Shown: positions 24,116 to 35,611 of the stretch, in pieces
How positions within the stretch are numbered: the stretch's first letter is position 1
Layout of the letters: each line of letters begins with the position of its first letter
Assembly: GCA_036785375.1 (NCBI GenBank)
Contig: JAWMAR010000187.1
Location: 4,464,001-4,528,000 of the forward strand
Source: Leucoraja ocellata
Lineage: Eukaryota
DNA length: 64,000 bases
Direction of reading: 5' to 3'
The notes under the pieces: generated by a model
What the model was told of the DNA's origin: nothing
Databases searched by the model: none
The model's input: only the letters and a program-made list of their open reading frames with translations
Position numbers and translations under genes: made by a program

Positions 24116-24151
24116 CAGTCTGAAGAAGGGTTTCGGCCCGAAACGTTGCCT
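24116..24151 (+). ncRNA. Minimal hammerhead ribozyme-like motif in the PLE pLTR
   Basis: CUGAAGA (24120-24126), A, stem II GGGU-UUCG-GCCC, GAAA, CGUU; fits the minimal type I motif known from PLEs. Confidence 0.75.
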
Positions 24152-26269
24152 ATTTCCTTCGCTCCATAGATGCTGCTGCACCCGCTGAGTTTCTCCAGCT
24201 TTTCTGTGTAACCTTCGATTCTCCAGCATCTGCAGTTCCCTCTTAAACAGGGATGGGTGATTGTTGGTTGCTGGGATGGGTGATTGTTGGTTGCCGAGAA
24301 CTCAGTGGGCTTCAGGGCCTGTTTCCACGCTGTATCTCTAAACTAAACTCAATAATTCTATCTGTTTTCCAGCAGAATTCCAGTGTCAGGCCCAGAAAAC
24401 TACACCAGGCTTAATTTAGAGCAAGCATGATACTGAAGAAGGATCTCGACCCGAAACGTCACCCATTCTCTCCAGAGATGCTGCCTGTCCCGTTCAGTTA
24501 CTCCAGCATTTTGTGTCTACCTTTGACAATGACTAAAATGGATACAATCATGGTTCCTCAATTCAACACTTCTCTGCCCGTTATACTTGAGGCATTACTG
24601 AAAATACATGAGAAAATCTGTATGGACAGATAATCTAATTGGTCATGCTGATTTTTGCTCAAGAATTCTGATATTTGTGCATGGTGTACGAGTGTCTTCC
24701 TTGGCAACTGGAGTTCAAAAAACCATTCCTCTTTTTTATTCCTTTGTTTTTTGGTGTCTTGGGGTGCGAGTTACGCTGCACAATGTGAACTGGGATTGAA
24801 TGACTGCTTCCTTTGTGATGGTACTGCAGGGGGAATTTACATAGTGCCTCTCGCATCCAGCAGGTTTGTAGTCTGATCTTTAATGAACTGCAAGCCACAG
24901 GAAATGCTTATGTGTATTCTACCAACAATGGAGAGTAAGACAGAAATTGGTGGAACAAGCCTGAACAGGAAAATAAATGGGAGTTCCTAATTTAATTCAG
25001 GATTCTTGTTCAACCGTAGGTTTTTCACATGGCACAAACTGATGATTATAGCGATTTCTTCTTCATAAGCTGATAGCAAAGATACTGATTCCCTCTAATT
25101 TTGAAAACAATTCGGAGTCATTCATTCCAGGGCCAATTACTGTTGATGACTGAGGACTGTTTTTGAAAAATGTCTGTGCACAATAAAGCAAGCACTTGAA
25201 TCTTGTCCCTCTCGTTACTCATTTCAAATGACAAACAAACTGAGAGATCAGCTGATGATATGTGAGGCTGACATGGTTCCTTTTCATGCAGCATTTTTGC
25301 CACATGTATAAAGCAGCAAGTCTGCAACGCCACCACCTTATTCACTTTCATGTAGGCGCTAAATTAAATATTTGATGGCTAACTAGCTTTTACAATATAT
25401 TGCTGAATTATGCAGCAAGGAGGGCAGAGAAGTAGGCCATCTGTCAACAGGTTTTATGCTCCACCCGAGCTTTCTATTCTCCCACTACAACCCACTTTCT
25501 CAGCTTATCCTCAAATCCTTTTCTTTCTCAATCGCAGAAATCAGGGGGAAATAAAATCACAATACCCAAAGAGGCCATTCAGCCCATCGTGTGTTGCCAG
25601 TCAATACAAATCTGCCCAGCCAAATGGCACCTTCTGGCACAAGTTCCACAGTTTGCAGGACCAAGCACACATGCAGGTAGTTTAAATAGGAGTCAAAGAT
25701 AGACATAAAAAGCTGGAGTAACTCAGCGGGACAGGCAGCATCTCTGGAGAGAAGGAGTGGGTGACGTTTAGGGTCGAGACCCTTCTTCAGACTCCATGGG
25801 GGGGGGGGGGGGGGGGGCGGGCAGTGAAAATCCAATGTCTCCAGTTTCTTCCTATGAGTCACGTCTCTGCCTCTGTCATAATTCAGGCCATGAGGTTTAG
25901 ACCATTTCCACCCTGTGAATGATAAACTGTTTCTTCTCCTTCCCTCTAATCCTTCTGCCAATCATATTATATCTGAAGAAGGGCCCCAGACATCAAACGT
26001 TGTCTGTCCATGTCGTCCAGAGATGCTGCCTGGTCTGCTGAGTTACTCCAGCAATTTGTGTTCTACACTGGATTCCAGCATCTGCAGTTTCCTGCGTCTC
26101 CATTCTCTGGTTTCGATTTTTCTGCTAAAGGAAATGGATTGTTCCTGTTTACTGCATCTTGGCTGCGCATAATTATACGCACCTCAGTTAAAATTGCTTT
26201 CAACCTCCTCTGTTCCAAAAAAGCCCCACCCTGCCTTGCGCAAGCTTTCCTCAGAGCTACAATATTTGA

Positions 26270-26730
26270 GTCATAGTCATATAGCGTTGAAATGGGCCCT
26301 TCGGCCCAACTAGCCCATGCCGGCCAACATGCCCATCTACGCTAGTCCCACCTGCCCATGCTTGACCCATATCCCTCTAAGCCCATCTTTTCCATGTACC
26401 TGTCCAAATGTTTCTTAAACGTAATGCTAGTACCTCAACTATCTCCACTGGTAACTGTTCCATAAACCCACCACCCTTTGCGCAAAAAAGATTTTTGCCT
26501 CTCATCTTTCCCCCCTCATCTTAAACTTGTGTCCTCTTGTTCTTAATTCCCCTACACTGAGCAAAAGTCTCTGTGCATTTACCCAATCTACTCCTCTCAT
26601 GATTTTGTATCCTTCTATAAGATCAGTCCTGGTAACGTCCTCATAAATCTCCTTTGTTCCTTCTCCAGTGCATCATATATTACCTGTTTTATGGTGAACA
26701 GAAACATATGCAGTATTGAAGGAGAGGTTG
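26270..26730 (-). mobile_element. CR1 3' fragment, decayed
   Basis: Homologous to 7279-7760. Confidence 0.75.
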
Positions 26731-26851
26731 AACTAATGTTGCACACAGATACAGTGTAACCTCTCTGCAGCATTCAATCTTCAGCCAGCACGTATATCGC
26801 ATGGTATATCAGTGTGGATTGACCAAAATAGACCAAAAACGACCCAAATTT

Positions 26852-27263
26852 GTTTCGGCGAACACCTCCGCTCGGTCCGCATTAACCAACCTGACCTCCC
26901 GGTGGCTCAGCACTTCAACTCCCCCTCCCATTCCGTATCCGACCTCTCTGTCCTGGGTCTCCTTCATGGCCAGAGCGAGCAACACCGGAAATTGGAGGAG
27001 CAGCACCTCACCTTGGGGAGTCTGCATCCTGGGGGCATGAACACTGAATTCTCCCAATTTTGTTAGCCCTTGCTGTCTCCTCCCCTTCCTATCTCTCCCT
27101 CAGCCCTCGGGCTCTTCCTCCTCCTCCTCCTCCTTTTTCCTTTCTACTCCCCGCCACCCCCCCCCCACCCCCCATCAGTCTGAAGAAGGGTTTCGGCCCG
27201 AAACGTTGCCTTCGCTCCATAGATGCTGCTGCACCCGCTGCGTTTCTCCAGCATTTTTGTGTA
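26852..27263 (+). mobile_element. PLE 3' fragment (end of endonuclease region and pLTR with hammerhead motif)
   Basis: FGEHLRSVR..DLPVAQHFNSPSH..GMNTEFSQFC; CTGAAGAAGGGTTTCGGCCCGAAACGTT at 27180. Confidence 0.92.
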
Positions 27264-27540
27264 CTTTCAATTCTCACATGCTGTGAGAGACCAAAAGACT
27301 CTGAAGAACTGATCAAACAAGCTGCAAGTTGAAATGATATGCTGAAGGCACAATTTATTCAAAGACAAATAGGATGCAGTAAGAATTTCCCTATGAGTTC
27401 TTCTCCAAATCCCTGTGGTGTATTCTTCGGCACTCCCTCAGGAATAGGCACAACTTGCTTCCATTCCTGTTTTATAGGTTCTAAGGTAACTGATGAGGCA
27501 CATGTGGCAACCACAGACAAGTGATTAATTTGCACAATGA

Positions 27541-27840
27541 CAGACACAAAAAACTGGAGCAACCCAGCGGCTCAGGCAGCATCTCTAGAGAAAAGGAACG
27601 GGTGACATTTCGGGCCGAGACCCTTCTTCAGACTGAGAGTCAGGACAAAGTGAAATGGGAGATATATAGACGGCACATAGAACAAATGAATGAAAGATGT
27701 GCAAAAAGCAACAGTGATCAAGGAAAGGTGGAGCCCACAATGGTCCATTGTTGGCTGTGGGGGAGGTGATAACGAGATATACAGACAGTGAATCTCAACA
27801 GGGTGACAGTGAAACTTGTACGGTGACTAGGGTGGGGGAG
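27541..27840 (-). mobile_element. PLE-derived element (subfamily B) with UTR
   Basis: GGGTGACATTTCGGGCCGAGACCCTTCTTCAGACTGA; similar to 14080-14230. Confidence 0.75.
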
Positions 27841-27859
27841 CGATAATGAGAGAGGCGAT

Positions 27860-28300
27860 AAAGAGAGGGTGGGACACGTTTAAAACCCGGTGAAATCTCC
27901 GCTTTCCGCGAGACAGTGGGGGTGGGACTGATGATCGAGGGCGCCGATTGGACGAGAGAGATGTTGGTCAGCAGGCAATGGGGGCGGGACCATGATAATT
28001 CAGCGCGGTGATTGGAGGAGGGAGACGTGCCAAAACACTCTCGGCACAGACCTGCGCCTCATCCACAGCCAGGATCGATCCCGGCTCTCCTGCGCTGTCC
28101 AATCCCCACCCGAGTCCCCCCCCCCCACGGGGGTGCCCAGAGACGTCAGCAGTCAGACGGGCGCAGTGCCCCCAGGCCCACAGCCAGCGCAGAGAAGCAG
28201 CGCTAAACCCAGCTCAACTCTGCCTGTCCCGCCAGGTTGACCTACAGCCCTGTGTGTGACGCGCGCGTCTGCCAAGAAATTGTGTCCCCCCCTGTCTCCC
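27860..28300. promoter_or_regulatory. CpG-rich promoter-like island
   Basis: Non-repetitive GC/CpG-rich stretch; inverted CCAAT (GATTGG) near 27946 and 28010, GC box GGGGCGGGA near 27981, CCAAT near 28099, CRE-like GACGTCA near 28142. Confidence 0.5.
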
Positions 28301-29155
28301 GGTCCCCTCCATATTTTGATAGCGATTTGATTGCCTGGCTATGAAGGGCCTCAGAAGAGCATGGAAGGGGAGGGATCAATACTGCCCAAAAGACGATGAG
28401 CTTTGCAGCCTTGCTTTCAAATACACTATTCCTCACTTAAACAAAGGCTGTGATTTGAAGATGGTGGTGAATTTCATCACTGATGTCTGCATTCTCTGAG
28501 GTGATGAGACTGGCGGGGTAAGGAGTGTGCAGAAGTCTCAGCCATGATGTGTGTGGTTTCCTCAGGGCTTTCAAGGCCCCATTCCACTTTGAGCCAAGAA
28601 TGGGGAGAACTCACTCAATATCCACTTGAAGGACCAGATGTGGAGAATGAAGATAGACACAAAAAGCTGGAGTAACTCAGCGGGCCAGGCAGCATCTCTG
28701 GAGAGAAGGAATGGGTGACGTTTCGAGTCGAGACCCTTCTTCAGAATCGTATGTTGAGAACCTCCTTCATTGTAATGTCAATGAGGTACACAAGTCAAAG
28801 TATAAATAAGTTGATTGATACGTTTATGGCCCCAACCACGAGGGAACAATGGAACAACGACTGTACTTTGTGCCTTCCACCACAGTGAAGAATGCTGTGG
28901 TGGATGTTTGTGTTAAATTTTCATTGTGTATTGTGTGTTCTTTTTGATTGTACCGCTGCTGGCAAATTCATTTCACTGCACTTTATTGTGCATGTGATGA
29001 ATAAATCTGATTGATTGATTGATTTGATTGCGTTATGCCTGGCTCTATCCCCAATAGTGTTTGAATGTATTTAACATTAGATCTACTACTGAAGCTAAAC
29101 TCATTCATCATCTTTTTAGATAACCTAAGACCAGACCAATTGTGCTAATAACTGG

Positions 29156-29447
29156 TTTTAGTTTAGTTAAGTTTAGAGATACAGCTAGGAAACACTTTTG
29201 GCCCACCAAGTCCATGCCAACCAGCGATCACCCATACATTAGTTCTATCCTACTCACCACGGACAATTTACAGAAGCCAAATTAACCTACAAACCTGCAG
29301 GTCTTTGGAATGTGGAAAGAAACTGGAGCACCTGGAGAAAACCCACGTGGTCACAGGGAGAACGTGCAAACTCCATGCAGTCAGGGTCGAACCCGGGTCT
29401 CTGGCGCTGTAAGGCAGCAACTCTACAGCAGCGCTACTGTGCTGCCC
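29156..29447 (-). mobile_element. V-SINE (HE1-like)
   Basis: Reverse complement of the family at 4714-5046. Confidence 0.88.
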
Positions 29448-30814
29448 TGCAGCAGTGTTTCTCCTGATGAAAAACCTGCGATACCTCACCTTGGTTCATC
29501 TTATACATCAAATCACTACGTGCCAGAGGTCCCATCCCAAAGAAAGAGCAGGCAAAAGAGTACATTTAGCACCAAAAGGCATCACAAGCAGTGTGCTGAC
29601 CAGGTTATAATTCATCAGCGTTTCGTGACTGATGCACCCACTTATTGCAGACTTATAAATGTTGCTGCCTAACTTGCTCTCAGGCTTATTTTTTCAATGT
29701 TTGGTAGTTCACTAAAATAATACTGTCACCCCACTGATTTACTGCAGGATTGGATTTAACTTGGTCTTTTCAGCATGCACAATGGGTACTCTCCAGTCAG
29801 GTCCTGCTTTAGATTTCATGATTGTGCCGTAATAAACATTATCATTAGCTGTTAATTCCAGTTTATGCTTGAAGCCTAAAGAGGTGAGCAATAACACATT
29901 CTCTACATTCTGTAAATTATCATGAGCGTGCTTCTAGGCCAGAAGACATCTGTTGACGTAAGTGATTTTAAGACCTTTCAGTTTTACCTTGTGAGTGCTT
30001 GGACACACCTTGCCAAGAATCATAGTTTTGATGGAGCCCAGGAGGAAACTACTTGGCCTTTTGTGTCAAAAAAAAGGCAACGGCAGATGGGCACTATTCA
30101 CCGGTGCATCTTCAGGAACCATTGAAAGGCACTTTGGTCACTTGGGAGCTCTGGCCATTTGTGGCTGCTTCAGCAGAACTTGGGTGCAGTTGACAGAAAT
30201 ACTCAATGATGCATTGTCTGTCAAAGCGCCGAATCTGATGAGAGGCAAGGACAAATTTGTGGGTCTTAAAAAAAGATTGTGAAGAGAAGCAGCGTTTAGA
30301 TTTTGCTCAATTTTACAACGCCGCTATTCATCGTGTCCAAAAATGACTTCACAGCAAACTTGGTTCGGGATTACTGAAGGAAAACTGCAGTCTCTTACAA
30401 AATCCCTGATGAATATTTCAAATGAAGGCCACTGATGCTGGACAGCAGCACAAGGCTCTGGCATTTCTTTTATTTTTTACATTTACTCATTTTTCAAGAT
30501 CGGGGCATTGCTGGCAAGGCCAGCATTTATTTCCACTTTCCAATTTACTTCTAAATTGTCTCTGAGGATATAGTGAAGAGCTTCTTCTTCAAGGGCAGTG
30601 GTCATCCAGTAACGATGAGCACATACATTATTGGGTAAAATGTTTCATGGCTCAGACTCATCAACAATTAAAGATTAGGAATATTTTTTACAAAATCAGG
30701 ATGCAATGTGACTTGGAGCAGGACCTACAGGTGGTGGCATTACCATGCATCTTGTCTTCTTGAGGAAGAAATCAATAGGGTAGCATTATCGTGGATGATA
30801 TTGTTTCAAAAGCG

Positions 30815-31137
30815 TTTAGTTTTAGTTTAGTTTAGAGATACAGCATGGAAACAGGCCCTTCGGCCCACCGGGTCCACGCCAACCAGCGATCCCTGCACAT
30901 TAACACTATCCTACACCCACTGGGGACAATTTCTACATTTGCCAAGCCAATTAGCCTGCAAACCTGTACGTCTTTGGAGTGTGGGAGGAAACCGAAGATC
31001 TCGGGGAAAATCCACGCAGGTCACGGGGGGAACGTACAAACTCCATACAGACAGCGGCCGTAATCGGGATCGAACCCGGGTCTCCGGCGCTGCATTCACT
31101 GTAAGGCAGCGACTCTGCCGCTGTGCCACCGTGACTG
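30815..31137 (-). mobile_element. V-SINE (HE1-like), near full length
   Basis: (TTTAG)n tail, core, GATCGAACCCGGG B-box, CGCTGTGCCACCGTGAC head. Confidence 0.92.
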
Positions 31138-31744
31138 CCCACTCATCCTGGCAAGTTAGGAGATTCCCATCACACTCCTAACATGGGTTTTGTCGATACT
31201 GACAAGGCTTTGAGGTGTCAGGATGCGATTCACTCACCACGGGGTTCCCAGGCTCTGACCTGATCTTGTTGCCAGTAGTATTCTCTGGTTGGTCCAGTCA
31301 ATGGTGATGGGGGCTCCTGCATTGAGCATTGGGATACTCTTACTCCTATCAGCTGTTTGATTGCCAACCATCATTCATACCGATATGAGCTTGGACCGCA
31401 GAGCATTGACTTTTAACTTGATTGTGAGATGATTTAGCTCTGTCAGCGGCAAGCTGCATTTGCTGTAAATCATGCATGTAATCCTGTGCTGCAGCTTCAC
31501 GAAGCCGGCACCTCCGCATTGTTCAGTATGCCAGGTGTTGCACCCAGCAGCCCTTCCGCACTCCTCGTTGCACCAGGGCTAACACGAATGGTTCAACAAG
31601 GAATTGGATGATGCACACTCACAAATTCATTAGCTAACGTCTGGCAACTGGTAATACTCACCTGCTTTCAGATTTTTTGTAACAAAACCTATCTCCGTCT
31701 TAACTTTTATTTCAATGTTAATATTTAAAATGTACAATGTGCCG

Positions 31745-32035
31745 TTTAGACTTTAGAGATACAGCGCGGAAACAGGCCCTTCGCCTCACCAAGCCTGCGC
31801 CGACCAGCGATCACCCCGTGCACATATACCACCCTATACACCGGGGCCCAATTTAACAACTTTCCGAGTCCAATTGACCTACAAACCTGTACGTCTTAGA
31901 AGTGTGGGAGGAAATCAGAGCACCTGGAGAAAACCCACGCGGTCCCAAGGATAATGTAGAAATTCCATAAAGACAGCACCCGTATTCAGGATCGAACCCA
32001 GGTTTCTGGCGCTGTAAGGCAGCACCACTGTGCTG
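31745..32035 (-). mobile_element. V-SINE (HE1-like)
   Basis: Same family features as 30815-31137. Confidence 0.85.
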
Positions 32036-32407
32036 CAGTGAAAGACAAGGTGCATACTCCACATGCCTTCCCCCTTCTGAAATTAACCACCACCTCCTAA
32101 AACTAACCATACAACAAAATAACACCACCTTTCTGCTTCCTCCTCGACGTTGCCCCCTCTTTACCTTGTATGTTGCCCAATGTTCTCAGGGTAGGGACAC
32201 TAAGACAATGGTTGCTGAAGCAGAGCAGGAGAGGGGGTTTGGCAATTGCAACAACCTATTCTGACATGCTCTAATTCCCAGAAAACATGCAGGCAGGTCG
32301 GTAGTCTACAGTAACCCCCACCTGCTCCAAAACAACCCCTTTTCCTTATGCTAGTGGCAAACAAGTTGTAGATGAGAGGAATGGGGTCCACATGTAATAA
32401 ACTGGTG

Positions 32408-32692
32408 ATGGCACAGTGGCACAGCAGTAGACTTGCTGCCTTACAGCACTTACAGCGCCAGAGACCCGGGTTCGATCCCAACTACGGGTGCTACCTACGT
32501 GGGGTTTCTCCTAGATCTTCAGTTTCCTCCCACACTCCAAAGACATACAGGTTTGTAGGTTACTTGGCTTGGTACAAATGTAAATTGTTCCTAGTGTGCG
32601 CAGGATATTGATGAAGTGTGAGGATCGCTGGCCAGTGCAGACTCGTTGGGCCGAAGGGCCCGTTTCCGCGCTGTATCTCTAAAGAAACCTAA
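32408..32692 (+). mobile_element. V-SINE (HE1-like)
   Basis: GGCACAGTGGCACAGCAG..CCCGGGTTCGATCC head; GGGCCCGTTTCCGCGCTGTATCTCTAAA end. Confidence 0.88.
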
Positions 32693-33007
32693 AAAGATAG
32701 GCTAGGCGGAATTCAGCCACAGAAACCTTGCACAAGGGGACAACAAGAAGCAGTGTGGAGTTTGGAGGCTTATTACCGGTACCATGTATTCGCCTTTCAG
32801 CCTTTGCACTCCTTCAGTTCCTCACACAGGAACCTGTGTTGCACTGTAATTAACACATTGTCATGTCTAGCCTTCTAAGTGGTTTCTCAATGATTGCAAA
32901 CAGCGCAGAGCACATATCCCTCCAAGCAAGCCTCCCGTGAACCCATGATTCACTCACTTCCAAAGCAGCAATCATTTATTTTCATGCAATGATTTGGAGA
33001 GGACTGA

Positions 33008-33915
33008 TAGAGTCACACAGCACAGAAACAGGCCCTTCAGCCCAAACCGTTTATACAGACGCAGATGCCCCATCTAAGATGGTACAATTTGTTTGCATTG
33101 GGCCCAAATCCTTTTAACCCTTTCCCATCCAGGTACCTGTCCAAATATTTTTAAATGTTTTTATACGTGCCTCAACAACTTCCTCGAGCAGCATCTTCCA
33201 TATACCCATCACCCACCCTCAGTGTGAAAAATGTGCCCCTCTTTCCCCTCGCACCATAAAACTAGGCCCTCTGGGATGCCACTAACCTAGGAATAAAAAA
33301 AAACGATGTGAGTTCACCCTATCTATTTCCCTCATGATTTTATACACCTCAATAAGATCACCCCTCCGACCCCTGCACTCCATGGGAGTATGGGAGGAAA
33401 CCGGAGTTCCTGGAGACAACACACGCAGGTCACGGGGAGAATGTACAATCCCTGCACGGACAGGACACGTGGTCAGCATCGAACCTGGGTCTCCGGTGCT
33501 GCAAAGAAGCAACTCTACCGCTGCGGCAGCGTGGCACGTTACACACAGTGGGTAGTGCACATTGCACAGGTTCAAAAGTAATTGGAGTAGAATTATGCCA
33601 TTCGACCCATCAAGTCTGCTCTGCCATTCAATCATGGCTGATCCATCTTTCCCTTTCCCATTCACCTGCCTTCTCCCCATGACCTTTGATATACTTACTC
33701 ATCAAAAATCTTTCGATCTCGACGTTAAAAATATCCATTGACTTGGCCTCCACACCGTTCTGTGGCAATGAATCCCACAGATTCAACGCCCCCTAACTAA
33801 AAACATTCCCCTACCATCTTCTTTCTAAAGGTGCATCCTTTGATTCTGAGGCTACGCCCTCTGGTTTAAGACTCTCCCGCTGGTGGAAACATCCTCTCCA
33901 CATCCCGTTACACTT
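33008..33915 (-). mobile_element. Cluster of two CR1 3' fragments with a SINE fragment (33385-33530) between them
   Basis: RRGDLIEVYKIMREIDRV remnant; CR1 UTR similarity. Confidence 0.7.
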
Positions 33916-34163
33916 GTCCATCATTGCCATATGAAGCAAACAACGGGTGGAGCAAACAACATGAGCGCAGATCATGCTAAACGCTGTTACATCTGACGTG
34001 AAGCCTTTGCCCTTGGTGGTCCTACCCATTCAAACAACTGGTTATACGCTAACATTACAAATGCTGTTTTGAGTTTTAGTGGTCTGCTGACGAGCCGTTC
34101 ATTGCACAGCACCCAGTTTCACCCCTGTTAGTCCTGGCATTAGCTGCTTATCAATATTGTACT

Positions 34164-34217
34164 GGGGTGGGAGATTGCAACCTTCACGTGGTCCTCCCTG
34201 TTTCGACTAACGCAATC
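34164..34217 (+). ncRNA. Minimal HDV-like (CPEB3-like) self-cleaving ribozyme fold
   Basis: P1 GGGGUGG/CCUCCCU; P2 GAUUGCA/CGCAAUC; P3 ACC/GGU; L3 UUCACGU; GU after P1; vestigial P4; J4/2 CUAA. Confidence 0.8.
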
Positions 34218-34303
34218 AACCCGATGTGCACGAACAAGATCAAATAGAACAAGCTGACCTACAACTTTAGGCTGTGCACGCCATACACAAGAAGAAGAAG
34301 AAT
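34164..34303 (+). mobile_element. 140-bp non-autonomous retroelement with ribozyme head and (AAG)n tail (Ingi/Vingi-like 3' end, inferred)
   Basis: Tail CCATACACAAGAAGAAGAAG; decayed TSD AATATTGTACT (34153-34163) / AATATTATATT (34304-34314). Confidence 0.72.
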
Positions 34304-34734
34304 AATATTATATTGAGTGAGCTGAAGTGGACCCTAGCAGCCACAATCTCAAGAGAAGCTTCGAGTACCATTAAACCAGTAACAGGTACAAACGAGCGGC
34401 TGCAGTTCTTTGTTTCCACACACTAAGGTGCTTTGCAGGTAGTGGTGGCAAGTTCTGGAAAGTTGGGTAATACCATATTCCAAGCCATAGAGGCTATGGG
34501 GATAGCCTCATCCAAACCTGGTATCGATTCCAGCTGTTGTGCAACTCAGCGTGGCTGAGACTACTAACATTGCAAAGTTAGATCTATGTGATATACTTAC
34601 TATTATTTTCCCTATTATTGTCCTTTGTTGCCATCTTTTTCCAGGGATTAACTCACCAGACTATTTCAGGAGGGATCACAAATTAGCCCATGAGACCAGA
34701 GGTATAGGTCAGCCAAAGTGTTGGAATGGAAAGT

Positions 34735-34944
34735 GTTTTAAGAAGGAACTGCAGATGCTGGAAAATCGAAGGTACACAAAAATGCTGGAGAAATTCAGCG
34801 GGTGCAGCAGCCTCTATGGAGCGAAGGAAATAGGCAACGTTTCGGGCCGAAACCCAAAGGGTTTCGGCCTGAAACGTTACCAATTTCCTTCGCTCCATAG
34901 AGGCTGCTGCACCTGCTTAGTTTCTCCAGCATTTTTGTGTACCT
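34735..34944. mobile_element. PLE-derived fold-back palindrome
   Basis: Inverted arms meet at GAAACCC-AAA-GGGTTTC (about 34849-34865). Confidence 0.88.
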
Positions 34945-35385
34945 GTTGGAATAAAACCCTTTTAATGGAGGATAGTAATGAATGTTATAAAAAGTTATTT
35001 GTTCAAACAAGGATTTGATACCTTTCATGCCCATAGAACTCCACAAATTGCTCGTTTTTGAATTCTATTTTAGAATGAATGGGTTCATTCTACCACCACC
35101 CTTGACATTATCACTGGTCAATTCAGGCCAATATTGTACTTCCTTTACCCAAACGTATGCCATCCACCTTGATGGGTAATGAAACAACATTGAAAATAAA
35201 TCCCGGAAAGATTTCTGGATCTTGAAGTATAAATTTGACGGAATGACAAATGAGGAAACGTGGAAATGAGGAGATGAAGCTAAATGCCGGAGATGTGGCA
35301 GAAACACTCAAACCAGGCACCGTATCCAAACCTTATGTCCAGGGTGACTGACTGACTGGCCTGTGAGAATTGTGGCATTAGCTAA

Positions 35386-35611
35386 TGCCCCTGTCCCACT
35401 TAGGAAACCTGAACGGAAACCTCTGGAGACTTTGCGCCCCACCCAAGGTTTCCTCGCGGTTCCCGGAGGTTGCAGGTGGTTGCCGGAGGTTGCAGGTAGT
35501 GGAAGCAGGTGGTGAGACTGACAAAAACCTCCGGGAACCGCACGGAAACCATGGGTGGGGCGCAAAGTCTCCAGAGGTTTCCGTTCAGGTTTCCTAAGTG
35601 AGACAGGGGCA
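35386..35611. mobile_element. Harbinger/PIF-type MITE (226 bp)
   Basis: TIRs of about 85 bp; TAA on both flanks. Confidence 0.9.

Larger units (their letters stand above)
22538..24249 (+). mobile_element. Penelope-like retroelement (Neptune-type), 5'-truncated and young
   Basis: Open RT + GIY-YIG ORF, pyrimidine-rich UTR, hammerhead motif and tail; TSD GGGATGGGTG at 22528-22537 and 24250-24259. Confidence 0.95.
22325..24350 (+). mobile_element. V-SINE (HE1-like) split by a PLE insertion
   Basis: Head and core at 22325-22525; 3' end with GGGCCTGTTTCC..(TAAAC)n at 24250-24350. Confidence 0.8.
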
